Shown in pieces: positions 7,270 through 16,768 of a stretch of DNA of 62,047 nt. Position 1 is the first letter of the stretch, and every line of letters begins with the position of its first letter. Source of the stretch: Candidatus Zestomicrobium tamdykulense (GTDB lineage: Archaea; Thermoproteota; Thermoprotei_A; Sulfolobales; NBVN01); the NCBI GenBank assembly GCA_039889305.1, contig JAVVFV010000006.1:1-62047 (forward strand), given 5' to 3'. Under the pieces are notes generated by a model. It worked only from the letters and a program-made list of their open reading frames with translations, was not told the DNA's origin and did not search any database. Position numbers and translations under genes: made by a program.

Positions 7270-10221
7270 ATGAGGAAATACACATCTCTAACCCTACTCT
7301 CGCTCATCTTAATAGGTGTGGTAGTAGCGTTCTCAGCTGTAGTTGGCGCGCAACAACGAGTAGGCCCTGGGTCGGAATCTATAACCTTTAAGAGGTATCC
7401 AGTTGCCATGCCCGACGCAATAGCTGCAGCGTTTCAAGCAGGTGAACTACATGCTTATATATTTGGCCTCAGACCAGCTCAGCTAGACGCTTTCAAGCCC
7501 GTAGAAGGTATTATCAAGTACGTTACTGCGCCTGCAGGCTTACTAAGCATTATTCTTAACCCAGCACCAATAAAAATAGTTAATTTATCAGGAGACCAGA
7601 CCAGTAAGACTCCTAAAGAGATAGCTAATATGCTTGGAGTTCCTGAAAACATCATAGTTCAGTACTACTATGATTCAGAGAAAAACGTAACATTTGTTGA
7701 TCTAGCTGCTGACGGGGAGAAAATTAATCCTTTGGGAATTAAGAGAATTAGGTTCGCACTGAATTACATAGCTAATAGGGATTACATAGTAAACACACTT
7801 TATAGAGGCTACGCCTCACCCATGTATACCTTCCTGTCCGCGTATGATCCGGACTACGCGTTAATTGTTGACATAATACTAAGTTACAACTTTAAGTATG
7901 ACGTCTACTACGCGAGGAAGATAGTGAGTGAAGAAATGACTAAAGCAGGAGCATACTTAGTTGGTGGTAAGTGGTACTATGCTGGTAATCCAGTAGTACT
8001 TAAGTTCATCATAAGAATAGAAGATGAGAGGCTTGACATAGGTAAGGAGTTCTCTAAGGACTTACAGTTCTTAGGCTTCACGATCGACGAAACCATAACT
8101 ACTTTTGACGTAGCTATAGGTAAGGTATATGATACCGATCCTGCTGAATTCGAATGGCATCTCTACACCGAGGGTTGGGGTAAGGGAGCACCAGACAAAT
8201 ACGATGCTGGAACGATTAACCAGATGTGTGCGCCGTGGGTTGGTTACATGCCTGGATGGCAGACAGAAGGTTGGTGGTGGTATAGGAACGACTTCATAGA
8301 TGAGTACGGGAAGAATATATACCTAGGTAAGTTCACTAGTAAGGAAGAGAGAAACGCGTGGTATAGGGACGTGACTAAGGCATGTATAGAAGACGCGATA
8401 AGAATATGGTTAGCTACATCAATGAGCATACACCCAGTTGTAAAGGATATGGGAGGCATAACCACGGACTTAGGCGCAGGAATGAGATCACCATACAATA
8501 CTAAGGGAGTATACGTCCCACGCAAGCCTGACTTGACTTTCGGTCACTTATGGGTCTACACAGCTAGAACTATATGGAACATATACGGCGGCTTCACAGA
8601 CGTCTACAGCGTTGATATTCAGAGAGCTACCTACGACCCGATGTTGTGGCCTCACCCACACAACGGTCTTCCAATACCTATCAGGTCAGAGTACGAAGTC
8701 ATTACTGCAGGTCCTGACGGGAAGTTACCAATACCTTCAGATGCTATCTGGTGGGACGCATCACGAGGTAAGTGGGTTTATGCTAATGCTCTAGGAAGGG
8801 TTAACGCAACCAGCCTCGTCAAGTATGATATGTCTAAGTATGTGGGTACTAAGTGGCATCACGGCATAACAATAACGTGGGCTGACATACTAGCTAGCTG
8901 GGCTTTATGGCTAGACATAGTCTACAACGAGACTAAGGCAAACTACGAGACCCCAATATCAGGTCCTAATAAGCCGTTATTCGATACTATTAAAGCACTA
9001 AGGATAGTAGGCAATACCCTAGAGGTCTACGTAGACTACTGGCATTTCGAACCAGCTTACATAGCCTCGTACGCTACGTTAACTCCTATAAATCCTGTTG
9101 AGTTGCTGGTTGTTGAGAATTATCTAGTCTTCGACTCCAAGCACTATACCTTCTCAACCCCACTAAGTAGAACGACTGGATTACCTGTTTTGAATCCTGT
9201 TCCGTTCCCTGACCATGCTGCGTCAATAAAGAGTGTGGCTGATTCGTGGAAGGAGACCAAATACTTACCGAGTAAATACTTCATACTACCTGACGGAACT
9301 AACTTAATGTCTTCAGATGAATGGAGTAGTAGACTGAGTGCTTTATCAGCCTGGATAGAGCAACACAAACACGCGTGGATTTCGCAAGGACCCTTCTACC
9401 TAGACACCTTTGACAGGCTTGGACAGCAAGCCACTATTAGAGCCTTCAGAGACCCGACCTACCCATTCACGCCAGACTTCTGGAACTTGGGCGGTATAAT
9501 ACCTCCAAGAATAAGTGATGTGATAGCTCCCGCATCGATAGAGATAGGTAGTAATCAGACAATCTCACTTAATGTGCTAGGTGTAGGGCCTTTCAGTGTT
9601 AAATACATATTAAGAGAGAAAGGCACTAACAAGATAATGGCTACGGGTAGTGCTACTGAGGTAGAGCCAGGAGTCTTTGAGATATTCATAGGTAGTGATG
9701 TGACTTCTGAATTCAGGCCTTACTACTACTACGAGTTAATACTAATAGGGATTAGTGAGGCTGTAGCAGTAATAGATACTACTATAGTGACTTTCGAGTC
9801 TGTACCGTCTCTAGCAGAGTTAGAGAAAAGCTTGAGAGGCGCTATATCTGATGTAGCGGAGCAGACTCAACGGCAGATGGAGGAACTGAGGGCATCACTC
9901 TCAGCAGCTCTAGGAGTTGTGGGCGAAACACTAGTTTCAGCATTGAATAATATGAGTAACAGCATGACATACTTAATCAACATAACTGGCTCTACCTTAC
10001 TCACCAACATGAATACACAGTACAACACACTATCATCTAAGATGGATGGTGCCTTAGGCAGGATCTCCACTCTTGAGTCTCGGGTAGATGACTTGAGTGA
10101 GAGTGTAGGAGATTTGAGTAGTGCGGTAGGTTCGCTAACAACTTACGTAACTGTTGTTCTAGTAATATCGATAATCAACTTAATAGCAGGTGTCGTACTG
10201 CCTTTCATAAGGAAGAAATAA
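7270..10221 (+). CDS. dppA: peptide ABC transporter substrate-binding protein (family 5) with C-terminal stalk and TM anchor
   Basis: Signal peptide, RIRFALNYIANRDYIV, ISQGPFYL, heptad-rich C-terminus and terminal TM helix plus RKK; operon context. Confidence 0.88.
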   Translation: MRKYTSLTLLSLILIGVVVAFSAVVGAQQRVGPGSESITFKRYPVAMPDAIAAAFQAGELHAYIFGLRPAQLDAFKPVEGIIKYVTAPAGLLSIILNPAPIKIVNLSGDQTSKTPKEIANMLGVPENIIVQYYYDSEKNVTFVDLAADGEKINPLGIKRIRFALNYIANRDYIVNTLYRGYASPMYTFLSAYDPDYALIVDIILSYNFKYDVYYARKIVSEEMTKAGAYLVGGKWYYAGNPVVLKFIIRIEDERLDIGKEFSKDLQFLGFTIDETITTFDVAIGKVYDTDPAEFEWHLYTEGWGKGAPDKYDAGTINQMCAPWVGYMPGWQTEGWWWYRNDFIDEYGKNIYLGKFTSKEERNAWYRDVTKACIEDAIRIWLATSMSIHPVVKDMGGITTDLGAGMRSPYNTKGVYVPRKPDLTFGHLWVYTARTIWNIYGGFTDVYSVDIQRATYDPMLWPHPHNGLPIPIRSEYEVITAGPDGKLPIPSDAIWWDASRGKWVYANALGRVNATSLVKYDMSKYVGTKWHHGITITWADILASWALWLDIVYNETKANYETPISGPNKPLFDTIKALRIVGNTLEVYVDYWHFEPAYIASYATLTPINPVELLVVENYLVFDSKHYTFSTPLSRTTGLPVLNPVPFPDHAASIKSVADSWKETKYLPSKYFILPDGTNLMSSDEWSSRLSALSAWIEQHKHAWISQGPFYLDTFDRLGQQATIRAFRDPTYPFTPDFWNLGGIIPPRISDVIAPASIEIGSNQTISLNVLGVGPFSVKYILREKGTNKIMATGSATEVEPGVFEIFIGSDVTSEFRPYYYYELILIGISEAVAVIDTTIVTFESVPSLAELEKSLRGAISDVAEQTQRQMEELRASLSAALGVVGETLVSALNNMSNSMTYLINITGSTLLTNMNTQYNTLSSKMDGALGRISTLESRVDDLSESVGDLSSAVGSLTTYVTVVLVISIINLIAGVVLPFIRKK

Positions 10222-10402
10222 GAAGAGCCTTATTAGTTTTTTAGATTAAAATTTATTTTTTAAGCAATAACTCAAGCTACGTTATCTCTGCTCTATCTTT
10301 TCTTCAGATTAAACACTGTTAAGAACCGTAAATTTTATTTAGAGTCTTAGTCTGGCATGTTTTTCGAAAATTTTTAAATTTTGAGTTAGTAATTTTGTAA
10401 GG

Positions 10403-11491
10403 GTGTATATCTTGGGTGTTGCCACAATACTGGCACGCAGAGCCGTATTCCTAGCGTTATCTCTGTTTCTAGCCGTATTACTGACTGGACTCATACTTGG
10501 AGTTACTGGCTACATAGATACTATAATCAACACAATTATAGGAGAAGAGGTTAGAGCCTACAGGCAGATGCTGATGCACCTACCCCAGAAACTTCCAGCT
10601 GAAGAGTTAGAGAAGCTAGTTGCTCAGTATAGGCAAGAACTAGTATCGTATTGGGGGATGGATAAGCCATGGTACGCCAGGATAATTCCAATGGTCTTTA
10701 ACACCTTAACCCTTAATTTAGGGAGAGCTCAAAGCCCTGAAGTAGCTAACGTTGCTGGGCTGGGTCTTAACCCACCAGTTAGTGATGTGATAACGTCAAG
10801 CCTTCCTAGAACCATATTCATGATAACATTCGCTGAGGTCATAGTAATATTAATAGCTTTAGCTGTAGGTCCTTTCATAGTTTATAGGATTGGCTCCCTC
10901 ATAGATAGATTAGTAGTAGCCTACGCTGCTTTAATGAATGCTTTCCCTCTATGGTGGGTTGCTCTAGTAATGTTGCTCGTATTTAGCTATGATCTTAAAA
11001 TAGCTCCGACACGGTTTAGAGAAGTTATAGTTTACATCAACGCGTTATTATCAGGTGATATCACGGCAATAGTTGGTGTACTGTACTATGTTTGGCTTCC
11101 TATACTCACTATAGTCATAGTTCTTACAGGTCCTTGGATTTACGGCATCAGAGCAATGTTAATAAAAATAGTTAAAGAAGACTTCGTTACTGCGGCAATA
11201 GCCAGAGGACTTCCTGAGAGACAGATACTGAAGAGATACATTATAAGACCAACTGCATCCCCTATAGTGACTAACGTCCTCCTAGGACTAGCAGGTACTT
11301 TAGGCGGATACATAATAACTGAATCAGTGTTTGATTGGCCGGGTATGGGGACTCTATACTTTGCTGCTGTAAGTTCTGGGGACGCGCCAACACTACTAGC
11401 TCTCACATACATGTTCACGCTAGTTTACGTGATAGCTCGTTTTGTTTTGGAGGTACTTTATGTGGTTTTAGATCCGAGGGTGAGATTATGA
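10403..11491 (+). CDS. dppB: peptide ABC transporter permease (DppB/OppB)
   Basis: EDFVTAAIARGL EAA loop; ITESVFDWPGMG. Confidence 0.92.
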   Translation: MYILGVATILARRAVFLALSLFLAVLLTGLILGVTGYIDTIINTIIGEEVRAYRQMLMHLPQKLPAEELEKLVAQYRQELVSYWGMDKPWYARIIPMVFNTLTLNLGRAQSPEVANVAGLGLNPPVSDVITSSLPRTIFMITFAEVIVILIALAVGPFIVYRIGSLIDRLVVAYAALMNAFPLWWVALVMLLVFSYDLKIAPTRFREVIVYINALLSGDITAIVGVLYYVWLPILTIVIVLTGPWIYGIRAMLIKIVKEDFVTAAIARGLPERQILKRYIIRPTASPIVTNVLLGLAGTLGGYIITESVFDWPGMGTLYFAAVSSGDAPTLLALTYMFTLVYVIARFVLEVLYVVLDPRVRL

Positions 11492-12966
11492 GCTTACTAA
11501 GCAAGATACTCGATTCTTGGTCCTGGATTAGAAAGGAAATTCTGTCACAATTAAGTGGTAAGTTAGCTCTAGCACTCTTAATAATCTTAATAACAATCTC
11601 TGTTTACGCCGCACTAGTTATGCCACCAGACTATACTAACTACTGGGACAGAGGATCTAAATGGGTAGATAATCCAGTAAACGCTCCACCTGCGTGGGCC
11701 TCTCATTTAGGCTACACCTGCATACCGCAAACATATTATGATCTAAGAAGTTTTAGTCCCGCCGTAAGTGAAGCAGCGGGTAGAGTAGTACTAACCTACA
11801 ACATTACCTACAACCTAGAAGTTAAAGAATATCCACAAAATATTAGGATTAAAGCTAACATCACGGTACCTCAAGGGGTGATGAACGCTAGAATACGTGT
11901 AGATGTTATTAAGCCTGACGGGGTCAGACTCTCATCTATCATGGACAAGTATGTTGACTTAACAAATACTTCCCAGATAGAGCTAAACCTAGATTGGCCG
12001 GAAGGCATAGTTACAGCTGTTATGAGCGCTTATAGAGAATTAATGCGTTTCTTAAAAACAGACGAGATATACATAAACCCTATGAAGTACGTCTTCGGGA
12101 ACCTAAGTTATTCTGAGAATTTAAAAGAAGTAGTGGTTACTCCATTACCTGGGAGATACGTCATCATAACTATTTTTGACTTCAGAGTTTTCAATGTACA
12201 GACAGAAACTCTCCTGAGATCTATACAGAGATCAAGAGAATTTTCATTACTGGTTAAGGGAACTTGCTACGGATTAATGGGTACTGATAGTAAGGGTAGA
12301 GATTTAGCGGAGGGTCTCTTCTTCGGGTTCCCGATAGCTCTTTCGATCGGGCTTTTAGTAGCTCTAGCTTCTACCGCAATAGGAGTTACTGCCGGTCTCA
12401 TTAGCGGGTATTATGGAGGCTTTATAGATGAATTTATTCAAAGGACTGTTGACGTGATGGGTTCGATACCCTTACTACCTATATTAATACTCGTAGCTCA
12501 GTCAATAGCTAAGACATACGCAGGCGAAGATAAACCTATAGTGATGCTTGCAGCAATATTTGCTGTGTTAATAGTTTTTAGTTGGGGAGGTCTCGCTATA
12601 ATAATAAGATCAATGACTTTAAGTATTAAGAGTGAGCTCTACGTGGAGGCTGCTAAAGCTGTTGGTGCTAGTAATCTAAGAATAATTAGTAAGCACATAC
12701 TACCTCAAGTTGTCCCATACATAGCAGCGTCATTAGTTTACTCTACTCCTAGCGCGATACTTATTGAGGCAGGACTTTCAGTGCTGGGGATAAAACACGG
12801 CTTCCCTACATGGGGTAATATATTAGCTGATGCTAGACAGAACGGCACTATGGTTCAGTGGTGGTGGATACTACCACCAGGCTTCTTAATAGCTATAGTC
12901 TCACTAACGTTCGTGTTATTAGGTCTTGCTCTAGAGAAGGTTGTTGAGCCTAAGTTAAGGAGGTGA
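11488..12966 (+). CDS. dppC: peptide ABC transporter permease (DppC/OppC) with large extracytoplasmic insert
   Basis: GTDSKGRD, YVEAAKAVGAS, EAGLSVLG and WWWILPPG; ATGA overlap with dppB puts the start at 11488 rather than 11335. Confidence 0.92.
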   Translation: MSLLSKILDSWSWIRKEILSQLSGKLALALLIILITISVYAALVMPPDYTNYWDRGSKWVDNPVNAPPAWASHLGYTCIPQTYYDLRSFSPAVSEAAGRVVLTYNITYNLEVKEYPQNIRIKANITVPQGVMNARIRVDVIKPDGVRLSSIMDKYVDLTNTSQIELNLDWPEGIVTAVMSAYRELMRFLKTDEIYINPMKYVFGNLSYSENLKEVVVTPLPGRYVIITIFDFRVFNVQTETLLRSIQRSREFSLLVKGTCYGLMGTDSKGRDLAEGLFFGFPIALSIGLLVALASTAIGVTAGLISGYYGGFIDEFIQRTVDVMGSIPLLPILILVAQSIAKTYAGEDKPIVMLAAIFAVLIVFSWGGLAIIIRSMTLSIKSELYVEAAKAVGASNLRIISKHILPQVVPYIAASLVYSTPSAILIEAGLSVLGIKHGFPTWGNILADARQNGTMVQWWWILPPGFLIAIVSLTFVLLGLALEKVVEPKLRR

Positions 12967-14030
12967 ATACTTTGAGTGAGGTAAAGCTTAAAGTCATAAA
13001 TCTTAAGAAGTACTTCCCTATCAGGAGAAGCATATTTGATGTGTTAAGAGGTGTGCCGCCTAGATACGTTAGAGCAGTTGATGATATAAGCTTCGAAGTT
13101 ATTGAGGGCGAGATTTTCTGCTTAGTTGGTGAGTCTGGGTGTGGCAAGACAACGACAGGCAGGTTAATAGCTAGACTCATAGAAGCAACTGATGGTAATT
13201 CCTTATATAAGGTATCAAGAAATATCAAAGACTTAATACCTAAAGAAATACTCGTTAACGGGGATTACCTGAATCTCTTCAGAAAGTTACCTAGTGAGGT
13301 AGATAAGGCATTAAGACTTGACATACAGATAATATTTCAAGACCCTTACGGCTCCCTAAACCCAAGAATGACTATAGGCAGTATTTTGGAGGAACCTCTC
13401 ATAGTACACTCAATAGGAGGTACTAAGGAGGAGAGACAAGAAATAATATTCAGAGCCTTGAGTGAAGTAAAGCTCAACCCACCCGAGGAATTCGTGGATA
13501 GGTACCCTCACATGATTTCCGGAGGTCAGAGACAGAGAGTAGCTATTGCTAGAGCTATGATACTTAATCCCTCGTTAGTAGTAGCTGACGAGCCTGTAAG
13601 CATGCTCGATGTTTCTATAAGAGCTGAAATACTTCAGTTAATGCTTGATTTGAAGAAGATAAGGAACCTCTCGTACGTGTTCATAACACACGACTTAGCA
13701 GTTGCTAACTATATATGTGGTAGGATAGCCGTCATGTATCTAGGCAAGATTGTTGAGACAGGACCCGTAGACATAGTTATCAACAATCCCAAGCACCCAT
13801 ACACAATCGCTCTAATATCAGCTGTTCCAGAACCAGATCCATCAAACCGCTTAAGAATTAGAGAGGTACCTATAAAGGGTGAGATACCTAGCGCGGCAGC
13901 AATACCTAAGGGATGCAGGCTACACCCACGCTGTCCTTACGCCATGGACATCTGCAAAACTAAGGAACCACCGATGGTGGAGGTAGAACCGCAACACCAA
14001 GTTGCTTGCTGGCTTCATGCTAAGAAATAA
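12963..14030 (+). CDS. dppF: peptide ABC transporter ATPase (DppF/OppF)
   Basis: GESGCGKTT, QIIFQDPYGSLNP, SGGQRQR, ADEPVSMLD, GCRLHPRCP. Confidence 0.93.
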   Translation: MNTLSEVKLKVINLKKYFPIRRSIFDVLRGVPPRYVRAVDDISFEVIEGEIFCLVGESGCGKTTTGRLIARLIEATDGNSLYKVSRNIKDLIPKEILVNGDYLNLFRKLPSEVDKALRLDIQIIFQDPYGSLNPRMTIGSILEEPLIVHSIGGTKEERQEIIFRALSEVKLNPPEEFVDRYPHMISGGQRQRVAIARAMILNPSLVVADEPVSMLDVSIRAEILQLMLDLKKIRNLSYVFITHDLAVANYICGRIAVMYLGKIVETGPVDIVINNPKHPYTIALISAVPEPDPSNRLRIREVPIKGEIPSAAAIPKGCRLHPRCPYAMDICKTKEPPMVEVEPQHQVACWLHAKK

Positions 14031-14095
14031 GAAGTACTTTTCTCAGACATCTCAACAATAAAAAGTTTTTTTCTCCTCAATAATGGGTCTGTCCC

Positions 14096-15160
14096 TTGAC
14101 GTATTCGGGATTTAGGAGTGGTATTATTGGTTGGGGAGCATACATACCGATTTACAGGATTAAGGCTAGGGACATAGCACGTCAGTGGGGGTTTGATGAG
14201 AGGATTACTGATTCCTTATGGATAGAAGAAAAAGCTGTTGCCGGAGCAGATGAAGATACTGTTACTATGGGTTGGTATGCTGCAAGATCAGCGTTAATGA
14301 GAGCAGGCGTGAATCCACGTGATGTAGGAGCTGTTTTCGTCGGTACTGAATCAAAACCTTACGCAGTTAAGCCTTCATCAACCATAATAGCTGAAGCTTT
14401 AGGAATTTCTACGAAGAAACTCTCAACAGACCTGGAATTCGCTTGCAGAGCAGGGAGTGAAGGTATGAGGTTAGCTGTCTCACTAGTTGAGAGCGGGACA
14501 GTGAAGTACGGGTTAGCTATAGGTTCAGACACCGCTCAAGCTAATCCAGGAGATGTTTTAGAACTAACTGCTTCGTCAGGTGCTGCAGCATACTTGGTAG
14601 GACCTGCGAATGAGTCGGCAGCGATTTTTGAGGGTTTAGTTACTTACGTGACCGACACTCCAGACTTCTGGAGAAGAGACGGTTCCAGGTATCCCGCGCA
14701 TGGTGAGGGTTTTACTGGAGAACCCGCGTACTTCCACCATATAGTAACTGCGGTGAACATGCTCATGAAGGAACTAGGACTTAAATCAAGCGACTTCGAT
14801 TACGCGATATTTCACCAACCTAACGGTAAGTTTCCGCTCCAGGTGGGGAGGATGCTTGGGTTCCCGAAAGAGAAGGTGTTACCAGGGATAGTGACTCCGT
14901 GGATCGGTAACACGTACAACGCGTCTGCACTCTTAGGTCTAGCTAAGGTGCTTGAGAGTTCTAAGCCAGGTCAAAGAATTTTAGTCGCTCCGTTCGGTTC
15001 AGGTGCTGGTGCTGACGCTATTAGCGTCTTAGTAACGGATAGTGTGTTGGAGAGGGTTGGTAAGGCACCGACTGTGGAGGAACTCATGTCTCGCAAGAAA
15101 CACATATCTTACGCGGAGTATGCTAAGTTCAGGAACCTCATATATAGGAATTTAGGGTGA
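14096..15160 (+). CDS. archaeal hydroxymethylglutaryl-CoA synthase
   Basis: GTESKPYAVKP, DLEFAC (catalytic Cys), DTPDFWRR, FHQPNGKFP, IGNTY. Confidence 0.95.
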   Translation: MTYSGFRSGIIGWGAYIPIYRIKARDIARQWGFDERITDSLWIEEKAVAGADEDTVTMGWYAARSALMRAGVNPRDVGAVFVGTESKPYAVKPSSTIIAEALGISTKKLSTDLEFACRAGSEGMRLAVSLVESGTVKYGLAIGSDTAQANPGDVLELTASSGAAAYLVGPANESAAIFEGLVTYVTDTPDFWRRDGSRYPAHGEGFTGEPAYFHHIVTAVNMLMKELGLKSSDFDYAIFHQPNGKFPLQVGRMLGFPKEKVLPGIVTPWIGNTYNASALLGLAKVLESSKPGQRILVAPFGSGAGADAISVLVTDSVLERVGKAPTVEELMSRKKHISYAEYAKFRNLIYRNLG

Positions 15161-15166
15161 TGATGT

Positions 15167-16297
15167 GTGAGAACCTACGTAGTAGGTAGTGGAGTTACTA
15201 AGGTAGATAGACACTACGAGAAAAACTACTTAAGCTTAGTTAGTGAGGCTGTTAGCAAAGCTCTCACTGATTCAGGTCTCGATATTTCAGATATTGAATA
15301 CCTGATTGTTTCATCAGCATTCACGGACTCTATACTTAATCAGGTTGATCCCTCAACATATATAGCTCAGAATCTCGGGTTCAGAAACACGAGGACATTA
15401 ACCGTGAGTAGTGGTGAGGTTTCCGGAGCAGTTGCTCTAGACTACGCTTACTCCTTAATTAAGTCTGGAAAAGCTCATAAGGTACTCGTGGTAGGTTTTG
15501 AGAAGATGAGTGAGTATCCGTCATGGGTAATAAACAGGGTTTACGCTAAGATATTAGAGTACGAGATCGAAGGTATTAAGAATATATCACCTCCTGAATA
15601 CGCTGCTTTAATCATGCAGGAGTACATGAGGAGGTATGGGGTCTCCAGAGAAGACATAGTTAAGTGGTCTATCAAGATGCATGAAAACGCTGTGAAGAAT
15701 CCTCACGCACAACTTCAATTCAATATATCGTTAGACTCGTTAGGTAGGACTTTAAGAATCTCTGAACCAATAACTATGCTTGATTCTCATCCAGTAAGTG
15801 ACGGTGCTGCCGCACTATTAGTAACTGATGAGTCAACCACTAAGAAAATGAATGGAGTACCTGCTGAGGTAGTTGATATTGAGTCTTCTGTTAACTTACC
15901 TATTTACTTACGTGACGATATAACGTACTTTAGTGCTACAGCTACTGCATACAAGAAAATCTCTAGCAAGAATGAGACCAAGTTAGATAAAACTGTCGCG
16001 ATAAACGTGTACGACACGTACGACATTTACGGACTCTTAATAATCGAGGCTCTCGAGATTTGTGGGAGGGGTGAGGCTCTCAAGTGCTTGGATGAAATGC
16101 CTTACTTAAATATTGGGGGAGGGCTTAAAGCAAGAGGTCATCCTGTAGGAGCTACCCCTCTCTACCAGGTTCACGAGTTACGTGAGTTGATGAGTGGTTC
16201 CAGCTGGGTGAAGTATGATGGTGAAATATCTCTAGCTCACTCTATGTCAGGACCTGATAACAATGCGTGGCTGATTTTATTAAGGAGGTGGGTCTAA
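15167..16297 (+). CDS. thiolase-family protein (acetoacetyl-CoA thiolase position of the mevalonate operon)
   Basis: GFEKMSE, NPHAQ, SDGAAA, GGLKARGHPVGAT; lies between HMGCS and DUF35; nucleophilic Cys absent. Confidence 0.88.
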   Translation: MRTYVVGSGVTKVDRHYEKNYLSLVSEAVSKALTDSGLDISDIEYLIVSSAFTDSILNQVDPSTYIAQNLGFRNTRTLTVSSGEVSGAVALDYAYSLIKSGKAHKVLVVGFEKMSEYPSWVINRVYAKILEYEIEGIKNISPPEYAALIMQEYMRRYGVSREDIVKWSIKMHENAVKNPHAQLQFNISLDSLGRTLRISEPITMLDSHPVSDGAAALLVTDESTTKKMNGVPAEVVDIESSVNLPIYLRDDITYFSATATAYKKISSKNETKLDKTVAINVYDTYDIYGLLIIEALEICGRGEALKCLDEMPYLNIGGGLKARGHPVGATPLYQVHELRELMSGSSWVKYDGEISLAHSMSGPDNNAWLILLRRWV

Positions 16298-16299
16298 AA

Positions 16300-16704
16300 A
16301 TGAAGCACTCTATCTCCATATTCTGGCGCTTAAAAGACAATCACTACAAGATATACGTAACTAAATGTAGAGATTGCGGTAAGGCTGCAGCTTTTAAACG
16401 ACTCAGATGTCTGTACTGCGGCTCACAAAACATAGAATACCTAGAATCCAGAGGCCTTGGTGAGTTAATCAACTACACAGTATCGTATTACAGGACTGAG
16501 GGTAGCGAACAATACTTACCTAGGGTAGTAGGTCTCGTAAGACTTGATGAGGGTCCCGTAATAGTTGGGGAAATAACTGACGTAGACCATAACGAACTCT
16601 CTACAGGTACACGTGTTGAGGCTGTCTTAAGAAAATACTCTAGTGACGATCCTAACGGATTAATATATTATGGTCTGAAGTTTATACCTATAATAAAGAG
16701 GTAA
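16300..16704 (+). CDS. DUF35 Zn-ribbon/OB-fold scaffold protein
   Basis: CxxC...CxxC, then OB fold (VRLDEG, GTRVEAVLRK, LIYYGLKF); GGAGGTG RBS before ATG 16300. Confidence 0.92.
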   Translation: MKHSISIFWRLKDNHYKIYVTKCRDCGKAAAFKRLRCLYCGSQNIEYLESRGLGELINYTVSYYRTEGSEQYLPRVVGLVRLDEGPVIVGEITDVDHNELSTGTRVEAVLRKYSSDDPNGLIYYGLKFIPIIKR

Positions 16705-16768
16705 TCCAAGAACAAAAACACATAACAAATTTAAAAACACTGTATTACATATTTTATAGGGATTAAAC

